A stretch of 64,000 nucleotides of DNA. It comes from Clostridia bacterium. GTDB taxonomy: Bacteria; Bacillota; Clostridia; Oscillospirales; CAG-272. Both the position numbers and the translations under genes were made by a program. This document shows, one piece after another, positions 19,576 through 27,522 of the stretch. Each line of letters begins with the position of its first letter. The stretch's first letter is position 1. Where the stretch lies: contig JAFZPN010000038.1 of assembly GCA_017550315.1 (NCBI GenBank), forward strand, positions 4,419 to 68,418. Reading direction: 5' to 3'. A model generated the notes under the pieces. It had not been told where the DNA came from. It made no database searches and saw only the letters and a program-made list of their open reading frames with translations.

Positions 19576-21516
19576 TCAGCTTTCCACGATCACTGCCGAA
19601 TACGCGGGGATCCGGAATGCCGGAGACTCTGCAACCTCACCGGTGAGCAGATCCCATACGGTGGGGGGCCCGCCCGCGACGGACACGTTGACTGCCGTCT
19701 CTTGCGGGCAGTTGTTCACGAGATACCAGAAGCGGCGTCCGTCCTTTTCATAGGGCGAGATGAGGATGATGCCCGGCTCCGAGGCTTCGACGCGGATTCC
19801 GGTGTCCGTCTTCTCCCGGAGGAGTGCAGCCGGATCTTCGGTCAGCGCGGCATCGATCCCGTCCGGCATCGCAGCAGTCCAGAGGAGCACACCGCCTCCC
19901 GCCTCAAACTGGGCCAGTTTCGTCCGCACATCCTCGTCCAGCCAGCGCACGGCGGGCATGACGAGCGCGGAGACTGCGAGCCCGTTCGCCGAGAGCACGC
20001 CGTCCGCAAGGTCCGCCTCCCGGATCCAGTCGCCGTCGATCAGGGTGTAGTCGAGCCCCGCCGCACCGAGGGAACGGTTGAGGTCCGCGAGGGTCTTCTC
20101 CGCCAGCCGTACGGCATCGGGGAGGGACGCGCCGCTGTTGATGCCGACGACGTCCGGATAATAATATCCCTGCGCCGTCTCGATGGGGTAGTACACGCCG
20201 ATCTCGCTGCGGAAGTGCGCGCCGCGGAGCCAGTACGCCGCGCGCCCGAACATCGCCGCGTAGAGCGGGAAGTCCTCCCCCAGCCGGTCATGCGACAGAT
20301 AGGAGTTGATGTGGTTGATCCCCGCGCGGAAGAGAAGCGCCATCGTGCCGCGCTGCTCCGCGAACGTGAAGTCCCCATCGTGGGTCTGGGCGGCGATGGG
20401 GCAGATCTCCACCATCACCCGCTCGGTCTTGCCGCTCATCCGCGCCGCGCTGCCGACGTATCGTGCCGCCATGGCGAAATCCGCCGGGGAATGCCAGTAC
20501 GATTCCGGACTGCCCGTCAGCATGTCCACGCCCGGCCAGTCGAAGGCCTTGAGCTGGCGCATCAGATCCCCGTAGAGCGGGACGTGCATCGAGAGGCTCT
20601 CTTCGAGCAGACAGTGCCCGGAGAAGGCGATCCCGTGCGCCGCGCACCACGCCTCGATCTGTCCGAAATACGCGTCCTCGGTCATCCTGGCTACCGTGCG
20701 CCAGAACCGGAGCTTGCCCTCCTCGAACCGCTCCTCGCGCGAGAAAAGCACGGGCAGATCGTCCCATAGCTCCCGGCCGTGCATCCGGCGGAACACCTCC
20801 GGCAGCTCCTCCGCCCACGGCACGAAGACAAACGGCATGGGAACGCCGCAGTTCACATAGCCGGACATCAGGCTCGGCTCGTCGGTGAAAACGGCCTCGA
20901 AACGGGAAAACCGCGCGGTCTTGTCGTAATATCGGTCGTACGTGCAGCGCAGGAACGCGGCGACGGCCTCGCGGTCCATGAGATTCGGGTAATGCCGCGG
21001 CCCCCATCCGCATTTCTGCGCGTGCGATCCCTCAAAGACGGGCCGCACGACATAGACCCGGTCCGCGCCCTCGGCGTAATTAACATCAAAGCGAACGGGG
21101 CTCCCGTCGTCCCGGCACGCATAGACGATCTTCTCGAAGGTGTCGGGCCGCACCCAGGTCCCGCCGTCCGTGCGGATCTCGGTCAGACCCCGCGCCTCAT
21201 ATTCCGGATGACCGAGCATGGTCAGGCCGTCAGCGGACGCGCTGGGATAGCCCTTTTCGTCGTAAAGCCAGACGCCCATTCCTCTCGCTTCCGCCGCTTC
21301 AATCGTACGGTCGAGCAAGAGGAAATCCCCGTCGTCGGCGAGGTAGAACGCGGGATCGCCCTTCGCCGTATGCCACGCGGCATTCGTGACGATGCCGCCG
21401 AACCCGGCCTTTGCAAGCGCGTCGAGCTTGCCGCCCGCTTCTCCTTCCGCCGCGTCGTGACGGAGCATGTACGGCCGGTCTTCGTTCTTCGGATTCAAAA
21501 ACCGCTCTCTGTCCAT
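19576..21516 (-). CDS. Putative TIM-barrel glycoside hydrolase, family not assignable by eye (646 aa); paralog of 60765-63350
   Basis: Start ATG 21516 behind AGGAGG (6 nt). It shares blocks with the 861-aa protein: FTDEPSL vs FSDEPSL, and WCAAHGIAFSGHCLLEE vs WCEAHGVQYIGHIIED. The N-terminus (FLNPKNEDRPYMLRH...GFGGIVTN) resembles GH106-type or related uncharacterised glycosidases. No signal peptide. Confidence 0.5.
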   Translation of the reverse strand: MDRERFLNPKNEDRPYMLRHDAAEGEAGGKLDALAKAGFGGIVTNAAWHTAKGDPAFYLADDGDFLLLDRTIEAAEARGMGVWLYDEKGYPSASADGLTMLGHPEYEARGLTEIRTDGGTWVRPDTFEKIVYACRDDGSPVRFDVNYAEGADRVYVVRPVFEGSHAQKCGWGPRHYPNLMDREAVAAFLRCTYDRYYDKTARFSRFEAVFTDEPSLMSGYVNCGVPMPFVFVPWAEELPEVFRRMHGRELWDDLPVLFSREERFEEGKLRFWRTVARMTEDAYFGQIEAWCAAHGIAFSGHCLLEESLSMHVPLYGDLMRQLKAFDWPGVDMLTGSPESYWHSPADFAMAARYVGSAARMSGKTERVMVEICPIAAQTHDGDFTFAEQRGTMALLFRAGINHINSYLSHDRLGEDFPLYAAMFGRAAYWLRGAHFRSEIGVYYPIETAQGYYYPDVVGINSGASLPDAVRLAEKTLADLNRSLGAAGLDYTLIDGDWIREADLADGVLSANGLAVSALVMPAVRWLDEDVRTKLAQFEAGGGVLLWTAAMPDGIDAALTEDPAALLREKTDTGIRVEASEPGIILISPYEKDGRRFWYLVNNCPQETAVNVSVAGGPPTVWDLLTGEVAESPAFRIPAYSAVIVES

Positions 21517-21548
21517 CGGAATCCTCCTTCCCTCAGCCTGTCCGGGCC

Positions 21549-22505
21549 TCAGAACCCGCCGACGATCCCGCCGAACCCGTCGAAGGGATCGTCGATCGTG
21601 ATCCTTCCTTCCGCCGCGTCGCAAACGCCCGAATACAGATCCGCCTTCCCGTCCTCCCGCACCACGATGCCGGAGGTGAAGGTGCAGTTGCGCAGGCGGC
21701 TGAGCTTCGGCACGGACGCCGGATAACAGGACCGGCATCCGACGATCTTGAAATCCAGAACGTCCCGGGTATCCGGATCGAGCACGAACGAGGAATTGAC
21801 GTAAACCTGCAGCCGCTCCCCGTCATCCGGCGCGGTGTCCTCCCACGACATGTGGCCGATCACGCCGATCTTTCCGCTCATGAGGAAATACGCCTGGTTG
21901 GGGCCGCCCCATTCGCTGGGTCCGAAGAGACCGCGCAGCCGGGGTGCGTTTTCGATGACGTCCGCGGTCAGTTCGTCGAGGGAGGAGATCACGGCAAATC
22001 CGATCGCGGATGCCGCGCCGTCCTCATAGACGCCGTTGCGCGGACGGGAGAACACGCCGATCCGCCCGCCGTCCATCTCGACGAGCCGGATGTCCTTCAT
22101 GCGGTCGGGGCCGGTCGTGAAGTAATACAGATCGTTCAAATCGGTCCCGCGGTAGAAATAGCCGTAATAGGTGTCGATCTGCCCGCTCTTCATGCGGACG
22201 TGCGTGCCGCCCAGAACCATCTGTCCGCCGATCTTCGCCACATAGGGATCTTCGAGCTGATAGACCACGGCGCCGTTTACGGCCTTCCAGCGGTCTTTAC
22301 CAGCTTCCTCGAAGAGATGGACCGTGGAGCGCGCCCATTCATTGTGCCGCTCGACCCGTCCGTAGATGTACCGTTTTCCGTTCCACGTGAACGGAATGGA
22401 GCAGTTGTAGACGTCATACCCGTCCACGCCCTCGAAGGTCAGGAGCGCGGAATCGTAGATCCGCTTGTTCTGCTCGAAATCGAGATACTTTTTCTTGATA
22501 TCCAT
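21549..22505 (-). CDS. DUF1861-like beta-propeller protein (GH43/GH130-clan fold; 318 aa)
   Basis: LTFEGVDGYDVYNCSIPFTWNGKRYIYGRVERHNEW..., MKDIRLVEMDGGRIGVFSRP..., EWGGPNQAYFL..GKIGVIGHM and a C-terminal ITIDDPF match my recollection of DUF1861 family proteins. SD GGGAGG (8 nt). The gene starts 29 nt downstream of the GRE stop. Confidence 0.5.
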   Translation of the reverse strand: MDIKKKYLDFEQNKRIYDSALLTFEGVDGYDVYNCSIPFTWNGKRYIYGRVERHNEWARSTVHLFEEAGKDRWKAVNGAVVYQLEDPYVAKIGGQMVLGGTHVRMKSGQIDTYYGYFYRGTDLNDLYYFTTGPDRMKDIRLVEMDGGRIGVFSRPRNGVYEDGAASAIGFAVISSLDELTADVIENAPRLRGLFGPSEWGGPNQAYFLMSGKIGVIGHMSWEDTAPDDGERLQVYVNSSFVLDPDTRDVLDFKIVGCRSCYPASVPKLSRLRNCTFTSGIVVREDGKADLYSGVCDAAEGRITIDDPFDGFGGIVGGF

Positions 22506-22534
22506 CTTGTATTCCTCCCGTTATCGGGTTGCCG

Positions 22535-24685
22535 TCAGATCTCGGCGTGCTCCGTGCGGTGCAGAATGTCCTCCTGCACGGCCCGGTCGAGGGAGACAAA
22601 GTAGGCGGAGAAGCCGGAGACGCGCACCACCAGATCGAGGTAGTTCTCGGGATGCTCCATCGCGTCCATCAGGGTCTCGCGGGAGACGCAGTTGATCTGC
22701 ACCTCCTGACCGCCGCGGTGGAAATAGACCTTGATCGCGGAGAGCAGCGCGTCGCGCTTGACCGGATCGGTCAGCATGTCGGGCGTGTATTTCTGGTTGA
22801 CCACCGTGCCGCAGGAGACCAGCCGGTAATCCGGCTTCGAGAGGGAGAGGAACGCGGCGGTGGGGCCTTCGCGGTCCATGCCGTAGGTCGGGGAGGCGGC
22901 GTCGGAGAGGGGAGCCCCCGCATGGCGCCCGTCGGGGGTCGCGCCGGTGCTCTTGCCGCAGTAGACGCTCGCGGTGTTCGACGCGATGGCGGTGTAGAAG
23001 GGTCCGCCGTCCCGGGTGTGATACTGAGAGAACACGGCGTCCGTGAATTCCACGAACCACACGGCGTATTTGTCGACGAACGGATCGTCATTCCCGTATT
23101 TCGGCGCGGCGGCGAGCTTGGCCCGGAGCCGTTCATAGCCGGCAAAATCCGCGGCCATCGCGTCCCGCAGCTCGGCGAGGGTGCAGGTCTTGTCGAGATA
23201 CACGTTCTTCTCGATCGCGGCGAGGGAATCGGCGACGGTGGCGATGCCCATCATGCACGCGCCGTGCGCCGAGGGATACAGCGCGCCGCCCGCATTGATG
23301 TCCATGCCGCGCGCGATGCAGTCCTCGCAGAAGACGGACATCCACGGCTCGGCATAGTTGCGGTAGTTGATCCCGCTGTTCATGTTGTTGAATTCGGCGG
23401 TGTATTCCGACGCGGCATACGCGACCTGCTGCTCGTACGCGCCGAGGAAATCCTCCATCGTGACGAGATCCTCGAGCGGACCGGTGTCCAGCCCGAGATA
23501 GGTGTCGTCCGACATGGATTTCCCGCGGAAGAACACGGCCTCGAGGAATTTCGGCATGTTGAAGCGGCCGTCGGACCACGCGGGCTGCCGGCCGGGGATG
23601 AAGTTCTCGATGCAGCCGACGAAGCAGTAATCGCGCGCGTGTTCGGGCCGGTAGCCGTGACGGGCGAGCGCGGGGATGTTTACCCGGTCGTTCATCAGGG
23701 CGGGATAGCCGAGCCCCGTGCCGATCACCCGCAGGCATTCGTCGATGAATTCGTCCGGGATCCCCTCGTGCAGCCGCGCGGAGAGATTGGGCCCCGGCAC
23801 GTTGCAGTCGCGGACGGCGTGCAGGATGCGGTAGGAGAGCTCGTTGACGCCTTCCTGCCCATCCGGCGTGACGCCGCCGATGCAGATGTTCACGACGTCG
23901 TCCCCGCCCGTCCAGCGGCTTTCCGTCAGCTTGATGAAGACGGAGGCGAAGAGATCTTCCGCGTCCTCCGGGGTGAGGATCCCCGCCTCGATGTCGTGCC
24001 GGTAGTAGGGCAGGAGGTACTGATCGAGACGGCCGAGCGCCATCGCGTACTTGCCCTGGAAGGGGAAGGAGAGATGGATGAGCCAGACGAGGTTCAGCGC
24101 CTGACGGAGCGTCACGGGCGGCTCGGAGACCACGGCGCAAAGATCGGCGGCCAGCCCTTCGAGTTCCCGGCGGTATTCGTCGGAATCGGTCGCGGCGGCA
24201 GCTTCCCGCGCGGCTTCGGCATACCGGCCGACGAAGGTCTGAAATCCCTCCGTGACGAGCCGCTGCGCCGTGAGGAATTCCGTCTTTGCCGCGTCGTCCC
24301 GATGCGCATCCAGCGAGGCGTCGATGCGGGCGAGGGTCCCCCGGATGCCGTCGGCGAGGAAGCGTCCGTATGCCGGGGCGAAGTGGTCGGAATTGGTGCC
24401 GAAGTGGAGGGAGCCGTAGGAGGCGAGAGTTTTGCGCGCGGCCCGGAGTTCCGTTTCGTCGTATTCCGTGACGAAATTGCCGCGCCGGTTTCCCGCGATC
24501 CGGTCGCAGTCATAGACCGAGGCGGGGAAGCGCTCGAACCACTCCTTCTGCGCGAGCGCTTTTGCCATGAGCGGCGTCTTATCGAAATTCTTCCGCAGAG
24601 AACGGTACCGGATCAGATCCGTGGCGATATATTCGCCCGCCGGTCTGATTCCCACCGCTTTCCGTATGGCTTCGAGATGTTTCAA
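22535..24685 (-). CDS. Glycyl radical enzyme, PFL-like superfamily, eliminase/dehydratase-type active site (716 aa)
   Basis: Glycyl radical motif VRVSGFSAYF sits with its Gly 26 residues from the C-terminus. ATPDGRHAGAPLSDAASP block present. The thiyl loop FVGCIENF is Cys-x-Glu, as in CutC/GDH/PD-type GREs, not the Cys-Cys of PFL. Start assigned to TTG 24685 behind GGGAGG (9 nt). In-frame upstream codons cross the promoter region and the divergent gene. Confidence 0.85.
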   Translation of the reverse strand: MKHLEAIRKAVGIRPAGEYIATDLIRYRSLRKNFDKTPLMAKALAQKEWFERFPASVYDCDRIAGNRRGNFVTEYDETELRAARKTLASYGSLHFGTNSDHFAPAYGRFLADGIRGTLARIDASLDAHRDDAAKTEFLTAQRLVTEGFQTFVGRYAEAAREAAAATDSDEYRRELEGLAADLCAVVSEPPVTLRQALNLVWLIHLSFPFQGKYAMALGRLDQYLLPYYRHDIEAGILTPEDAEDLFASVFIKLTESRWTGGDDVVNICIGGVTPDGQEGVNELSYRILHAVRDCNVPGPNLSARLHEGIPDEFIDECLRVIGTGLGYPALMNDRVNIPALARHGYRPEHARDYCFVGCIENFIPGRQPAWSDGRFNMPKFLEAVFFRGKSMSDDTYLGLDTGPLEDLVTMEDFLGAYEQQVAYAASEYTAEFNNMNSGINYRNYAEPWMSVFCEDCIARGMDINAGGALYPSAHGACMMGIATVADSLAAIEKNVYLDKTCTLAELRDAMAADFAGYERLRAKLAAAPKYGNDDPFVDKYAVWFVEFTDAVFSQYHTRDGGPFYTAIASNTASVYCGKSTGATPDGRHAGAPLSDAASPTYGMDREGPTAAFLSLSKPDYRLVSCGTVVNQKYTPDMLTDPVKRDALLSAIKVYFHRGGQEVQINCVSRETLMDAMEHPENYLDLVVRVSGFSAYFVSLDRAVQEDILHRTEHAEI

Positions 24686-24721
24686 TGCATGATTCCTCCC
24701 TTGAAGCGGATCTATGCATCC

Positions 24722-24750
24722 AGTATAGCACAAGAAAGCGCGGAAAGCAA
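24722..24750 (-). promoter_or_regulatory. sigmaA-type promoter for the GRE operon
   Basis: Minus strand reads TTGCTT (24750-24745), 17-nt spacer, TGcTATACT (-10 at 24727-24722), about 35 nt upstream of TTG 24685. Confidence 0.55.
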
Positions 24751-24811
24751 GCCTCCCTTTGCAGGATTCGCGCAAAAAACGAAAGGATATCACCGATTTC
24801 CGCGTTTGCCC

Positions 24812-24840
24812 TTGCGAAACCGTCCGGCTTATGCTATACT
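24812..24840 (+). promoter_or_regulatory. sigmaA-type promoter for the SGNH hydrolase gene
   Basis: TTGCGA (24812-24817), 17-nt spacer, TGcTATACT (-10 at 24835-24840). Confidence 0.55.
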
Positions 24841-24887
24841 GGTCTTGCAAGGATCCCCGAATTCTCATGGAACGGAGTTGAATCGAG

Positions 24888-25868
24888 ATGAAACTCATAG
24901 CCTGTACCGGCGATTCCCACACCTGGGGGCAGGGAGGCGCGGGCGTGCGGGATGCGTTCGACAAGTGGACCTCGCCCGTCATCGCCGGAGAACACCGGAT
25001 GCTCCCCTTTGCCACGGGAGCGTATGTCAATCTCCTGCGGGAGTACGTAAACGCATATACCGGCTCCTCCGCGTCGGATTATGAGGCGCCGGTCCTGTGC
25101 CGGGCCTTCGGACTCGAAGCGGACGGGAACTGCGCGCAGGCAGACGGGCTCCGCTTTCCCTTCGACGGCGCGCTTCTGCGGCTGCAGTTCCGCTATACGC
25201 CTGCGCATGTCCGCGCCGCGGTCCGTGTGGACGGGGAGACGCTCTGGGAAGACGATCTCTTTCGCGAAGAGCGGAGCAATCCCTACAACCTCGTCACGCT
25301 GATGCTCCCGGACGGCCGTCACTGCGCAGAGATCACGGGTCCCGGCGCGCCGCTGTACCGCCTCGAGGTTTACCGCGGACCGTGGGCGGTGGTCAACTGC
25401 GGCGTCGGGAGCTGTCCCGTCGGAAAGTTTCTCGCGGAATACTACGACAAACTGGTTGCGCCGCTCCGTCCGGTCGCCGTGCTGGCGGAAGGGCATACGA
25501 TCAACGACTGGATCGTCGACCGGGATGCGGACGAGCAGGAAGAGAACATGACCGCCTTTTTCCGCCGGATCCGCGCAGACGGGGCCGATCCGTGGCTTCT
25601 GACGGTGGAACCGATCCTCGGCTCGCTCGCGTCCCCTCTCTCCGGGCACCCGTTCGGGGATTTTGACGAGGCTTGCCGCCGCGCCGCACGAGCCGAAAAC
25701 GTACCTCTCATCGACGCCTATGCCGCGCTCGCCGAAAAGCTGGACGCGTTCCCGGACGAACAGGCGCGCTTTGACGCCTGGTACGAGGACAACTGGCATC
25801 CGAACGCTGCCGGTCACGCGCTCTACGCCTCCCTCTCTTTCGACGCGCTCCGGCACATCCTCGCCTGA
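24888..25868 (+). CDS. SGNH/GDSL-family hydrolase (probable carbohydrate esterase; 326 aa)
   Basis: Block I is ACTGDSHTWG (GDS with the Ser nucleophile). Block V is DNWHPNAAGH (DxxH). Confidence 0.75.
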   Translation: MKLIACTGDSHTWGQGGAGVRDAFDKWTSPVIAGEHRMLPFATGAYVNLLREYVNAYTGSSASDYEAPVLCRAFGLEADGNCAQADGLRFPFDGALLRLQFRYTPAHVRAAVRVDGETLWEDDLFREERSNPYNLVTLMLPDGRHCAEITGPGAPLYRLEVYRGPWAVVNCGVGSCPVGKFLAEYYDKLVAPLRPVAVLAEGHTINDWIVDRDADEQEENMTAFFRRIRADGADPWLLTVEPILGSLASPLSGHPFGDFDEACRRAARAENVPLIDAYAALAEKLDAFPDEQARFDAWYEDNWHPNAAGHALYASLSFDALRHILA

Positions 25869-25904
25869 CGGGCAGGGAAGCGGCCGCGATTTCTCCCGTC
25901 CGCC

Positions 25905-25933
25905 TTGCATATCCGCGCGGGATATGGTATAAT
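25905..25933 (+). promoter_or_regulatory. sigmaA-type promoter for the binding-protein gene
   Basis: TTGCAT (25905-25910), 17-nt spacer, TGgTATAAT (-10 at 25928-25933). Confidence 0.65.
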
Positions 25934-25970
25934 CAAATCACCACTACTTCATCGAAAAGGAGAAGTTCCC

Positions 25971-27470
25971 ATGAAGAAAACCGTCTCTCTGATTCTCTGC
26001 TTCCTGATGATCGCCGGACTCTTTGTGTCCTGCTCGGAAAGCGGCACGAACGCGGATCCCTCCGCTCAGACGCAGGATGTCTCTCCGGCGGACGGCGGTA
26101 CGGCCGAGGACACGCCCGCCGAAACGGAATACGACCGCTCGCATGTGCCGGACAATCTGCCCGCGCTCGATTTCGGCGGCGAGACCGTCGTGATCCACTC
26201 CCGCGGCGACTCGGAATCCGTCAACGAAGTCGTCTCCGAAGAACTAACGGGCGAAGCCGTCGCCGATTCCGTGTATGAGCGGAACGAAATGGTCTCCGAC
26301 CGTCTGAACGTGAAGATCGAGTGCTTTGCCGGCGACGGCTGGGAGAATTACAACAGCACCGTCAGCGCGCTTCGCTCCTCCATCATGTCGGCGGACGGCG
26401 CCTATGACATCATCGCCGGATGGTCCGCGAGAATCCCCGCGCTCTCCCTCGAAGGGCTGTTCCTCGATTACAACAAGCTGCCCTACATCGATTTCGGTCA
26501 GCCGTGGTGGAACGATTCCGTCACGAGCGAGCTCCAGATCGGAAACAAGCTCTACTTCATCACCGGCGACATCGCCCGGACGATGCTCTCCGCGATGTGC
26601 GTCTATGCCTTCAACCAGAAGGTCGCCGTGGACGAACAGATCGAAAACCTCTACGACGTCGTGAACGAGCACCGCTGGACGATCGATTACGTCTACGATC
26701 TCACCTCGAAGATCCATGCGGATTCCGACGGCAACGGCAAGGCTGATCAGACGGACTACTGGGGACTGGTCACGTCCTCGGTCAACGACGCGGACGGCTA
26801 TATGCAGGGCTCCCTGGTTTCGATGGTCGACCGCGATGAGGAAGGCTATCCCGTCCTCTCCGTCGATGAAGAGTTCATGGCGGAGCTCGTGACGAAGGTC
26901 TACCGTCTCATGTGGGAAAACGAGGGCTGCTACGCCATCACCGGCGACGGCACCAACATCAAGGACACGCTGGCGCAGGACAAAGCACTCCTCGCCACGA
27001 CGCGCATGGTCGCCGTGGTCTCCAACCTCGGCGATATGGAGAGCGACTACGGCATCCTCCCCTATCCGCTGGTGAACGAGAATCAGGAGCATTACGGAAC
27101 CCGCGTGCAGGATGCGGTCTCCCTCTGGTGCGTGCCGATCGACGCGAAGAACAGCGACATGTCCTGCGCCGTCATGGAAGCGCTCGCGGCGCAGAGCTGG
27201 CGCACGACGACGCCCGTCTATTTCGATATGGCATTGAAATCCCGCTATTCCCGCGACCCCGAAACCTCGGCGATGATGGACCTCATCAAGGACAGCGTTC
27301 TCATCAATTTTGAGTCCCTGTACAACGAATCCATCGGCAATCCGTGGTTTGTGCTCCGGACCCTGATGCCCCAGAAGAAGGACAATTTCGCCTCCTACTG
27401 GGCCTCCAACAAAAAGGTCATCACCAAGACGATGGAAAAGGCGATGGACAAGATCCGCAGCCTCGACTGA
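25971..27470 (+). CDS. Extracellular solute-binding lipoprotein (ABC family-1-like, 499 aa), paralog 1 of 3
   Basis: MKKTVSLILCFLMIAGLFVSCSESG is a lipoprotein signal. Size and the blocks ...YDIIAGW...PWWN... and C-terminal TPVYFDMALKSRYSRD match the large sugar-binding lipoproteins of Firmicutes. Paralogous to 41879-43375 and 59192-60727. Confidence 0.7.
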   Translation: MKKTVSLILCFLMIAGLFVSCSESGTNADPSAQTQDVSPADGGTAEDTPAETEYDRSHVPDNLPALDFGGETVVIHSRGDSESVNEVVSEELTGEAVADSVYERNEMVSDRLNVKIECFAGDGWENYNSTVSALRSSIMSADGAYDIIAGWSARIPALSLEGLFLDYNKLPYIDFGQPWWNDSVTSELQIGNKLYFITGDIARTMLSAMCVYAFNQKVAVDEQIENLYDVVNEHRWTIDYVYDLTSKIHADSDGNGKADQTDYWGLVTSSVNDADGYMQGSLVSMVDRDEEGYPVLSVDEEFMAELVTKVYRLMWENEGCYAITGDGTNIKDTLAQDKALLATTRMVAVVSNLGDMESDYGILPYPLVNENQEHYGTRVQDAVSLWCVPIDAKNSDMSCAVMEALAAQSWRTTTPVYFDMALKSRYSRDPETSAMMDLIKDSVLINFESLYNESIGNPWFVLRTLMPQKKDNFASYWASNKKVITKTMEKAMDKIRSLD

Positions 27471-27522
27471 GGCCGTGCCGGATGACAGCCCGTGAGAGTG
27501 CTCTTGTATCGGAGGAACGAGC

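Noticed and set aside
24686-25030. In-frame upstream extension of the GRE ORF to an 831-aa protein
   Set aside because: The extension would run through both divergent promoters and 140 nt of the SGNH gene on the other strand, and its residues look non-protein-like. The TTG at 24685 has a proper SD.
22529-25084. 851-aa plus-strand ORF
   Set aside because: It is exactly antisense to the glycyl radical enzyme, whose conserved motifs establish the minus strand as coding.
25869-25904. GACGGG...CCCGTC inverted repeat after the SGNH gene, considered as a possible terminator
   Set aside because: The loop is large (~22 nt) and there is no T-tract. Read-through into the binding-protein gene cannot be excluded.
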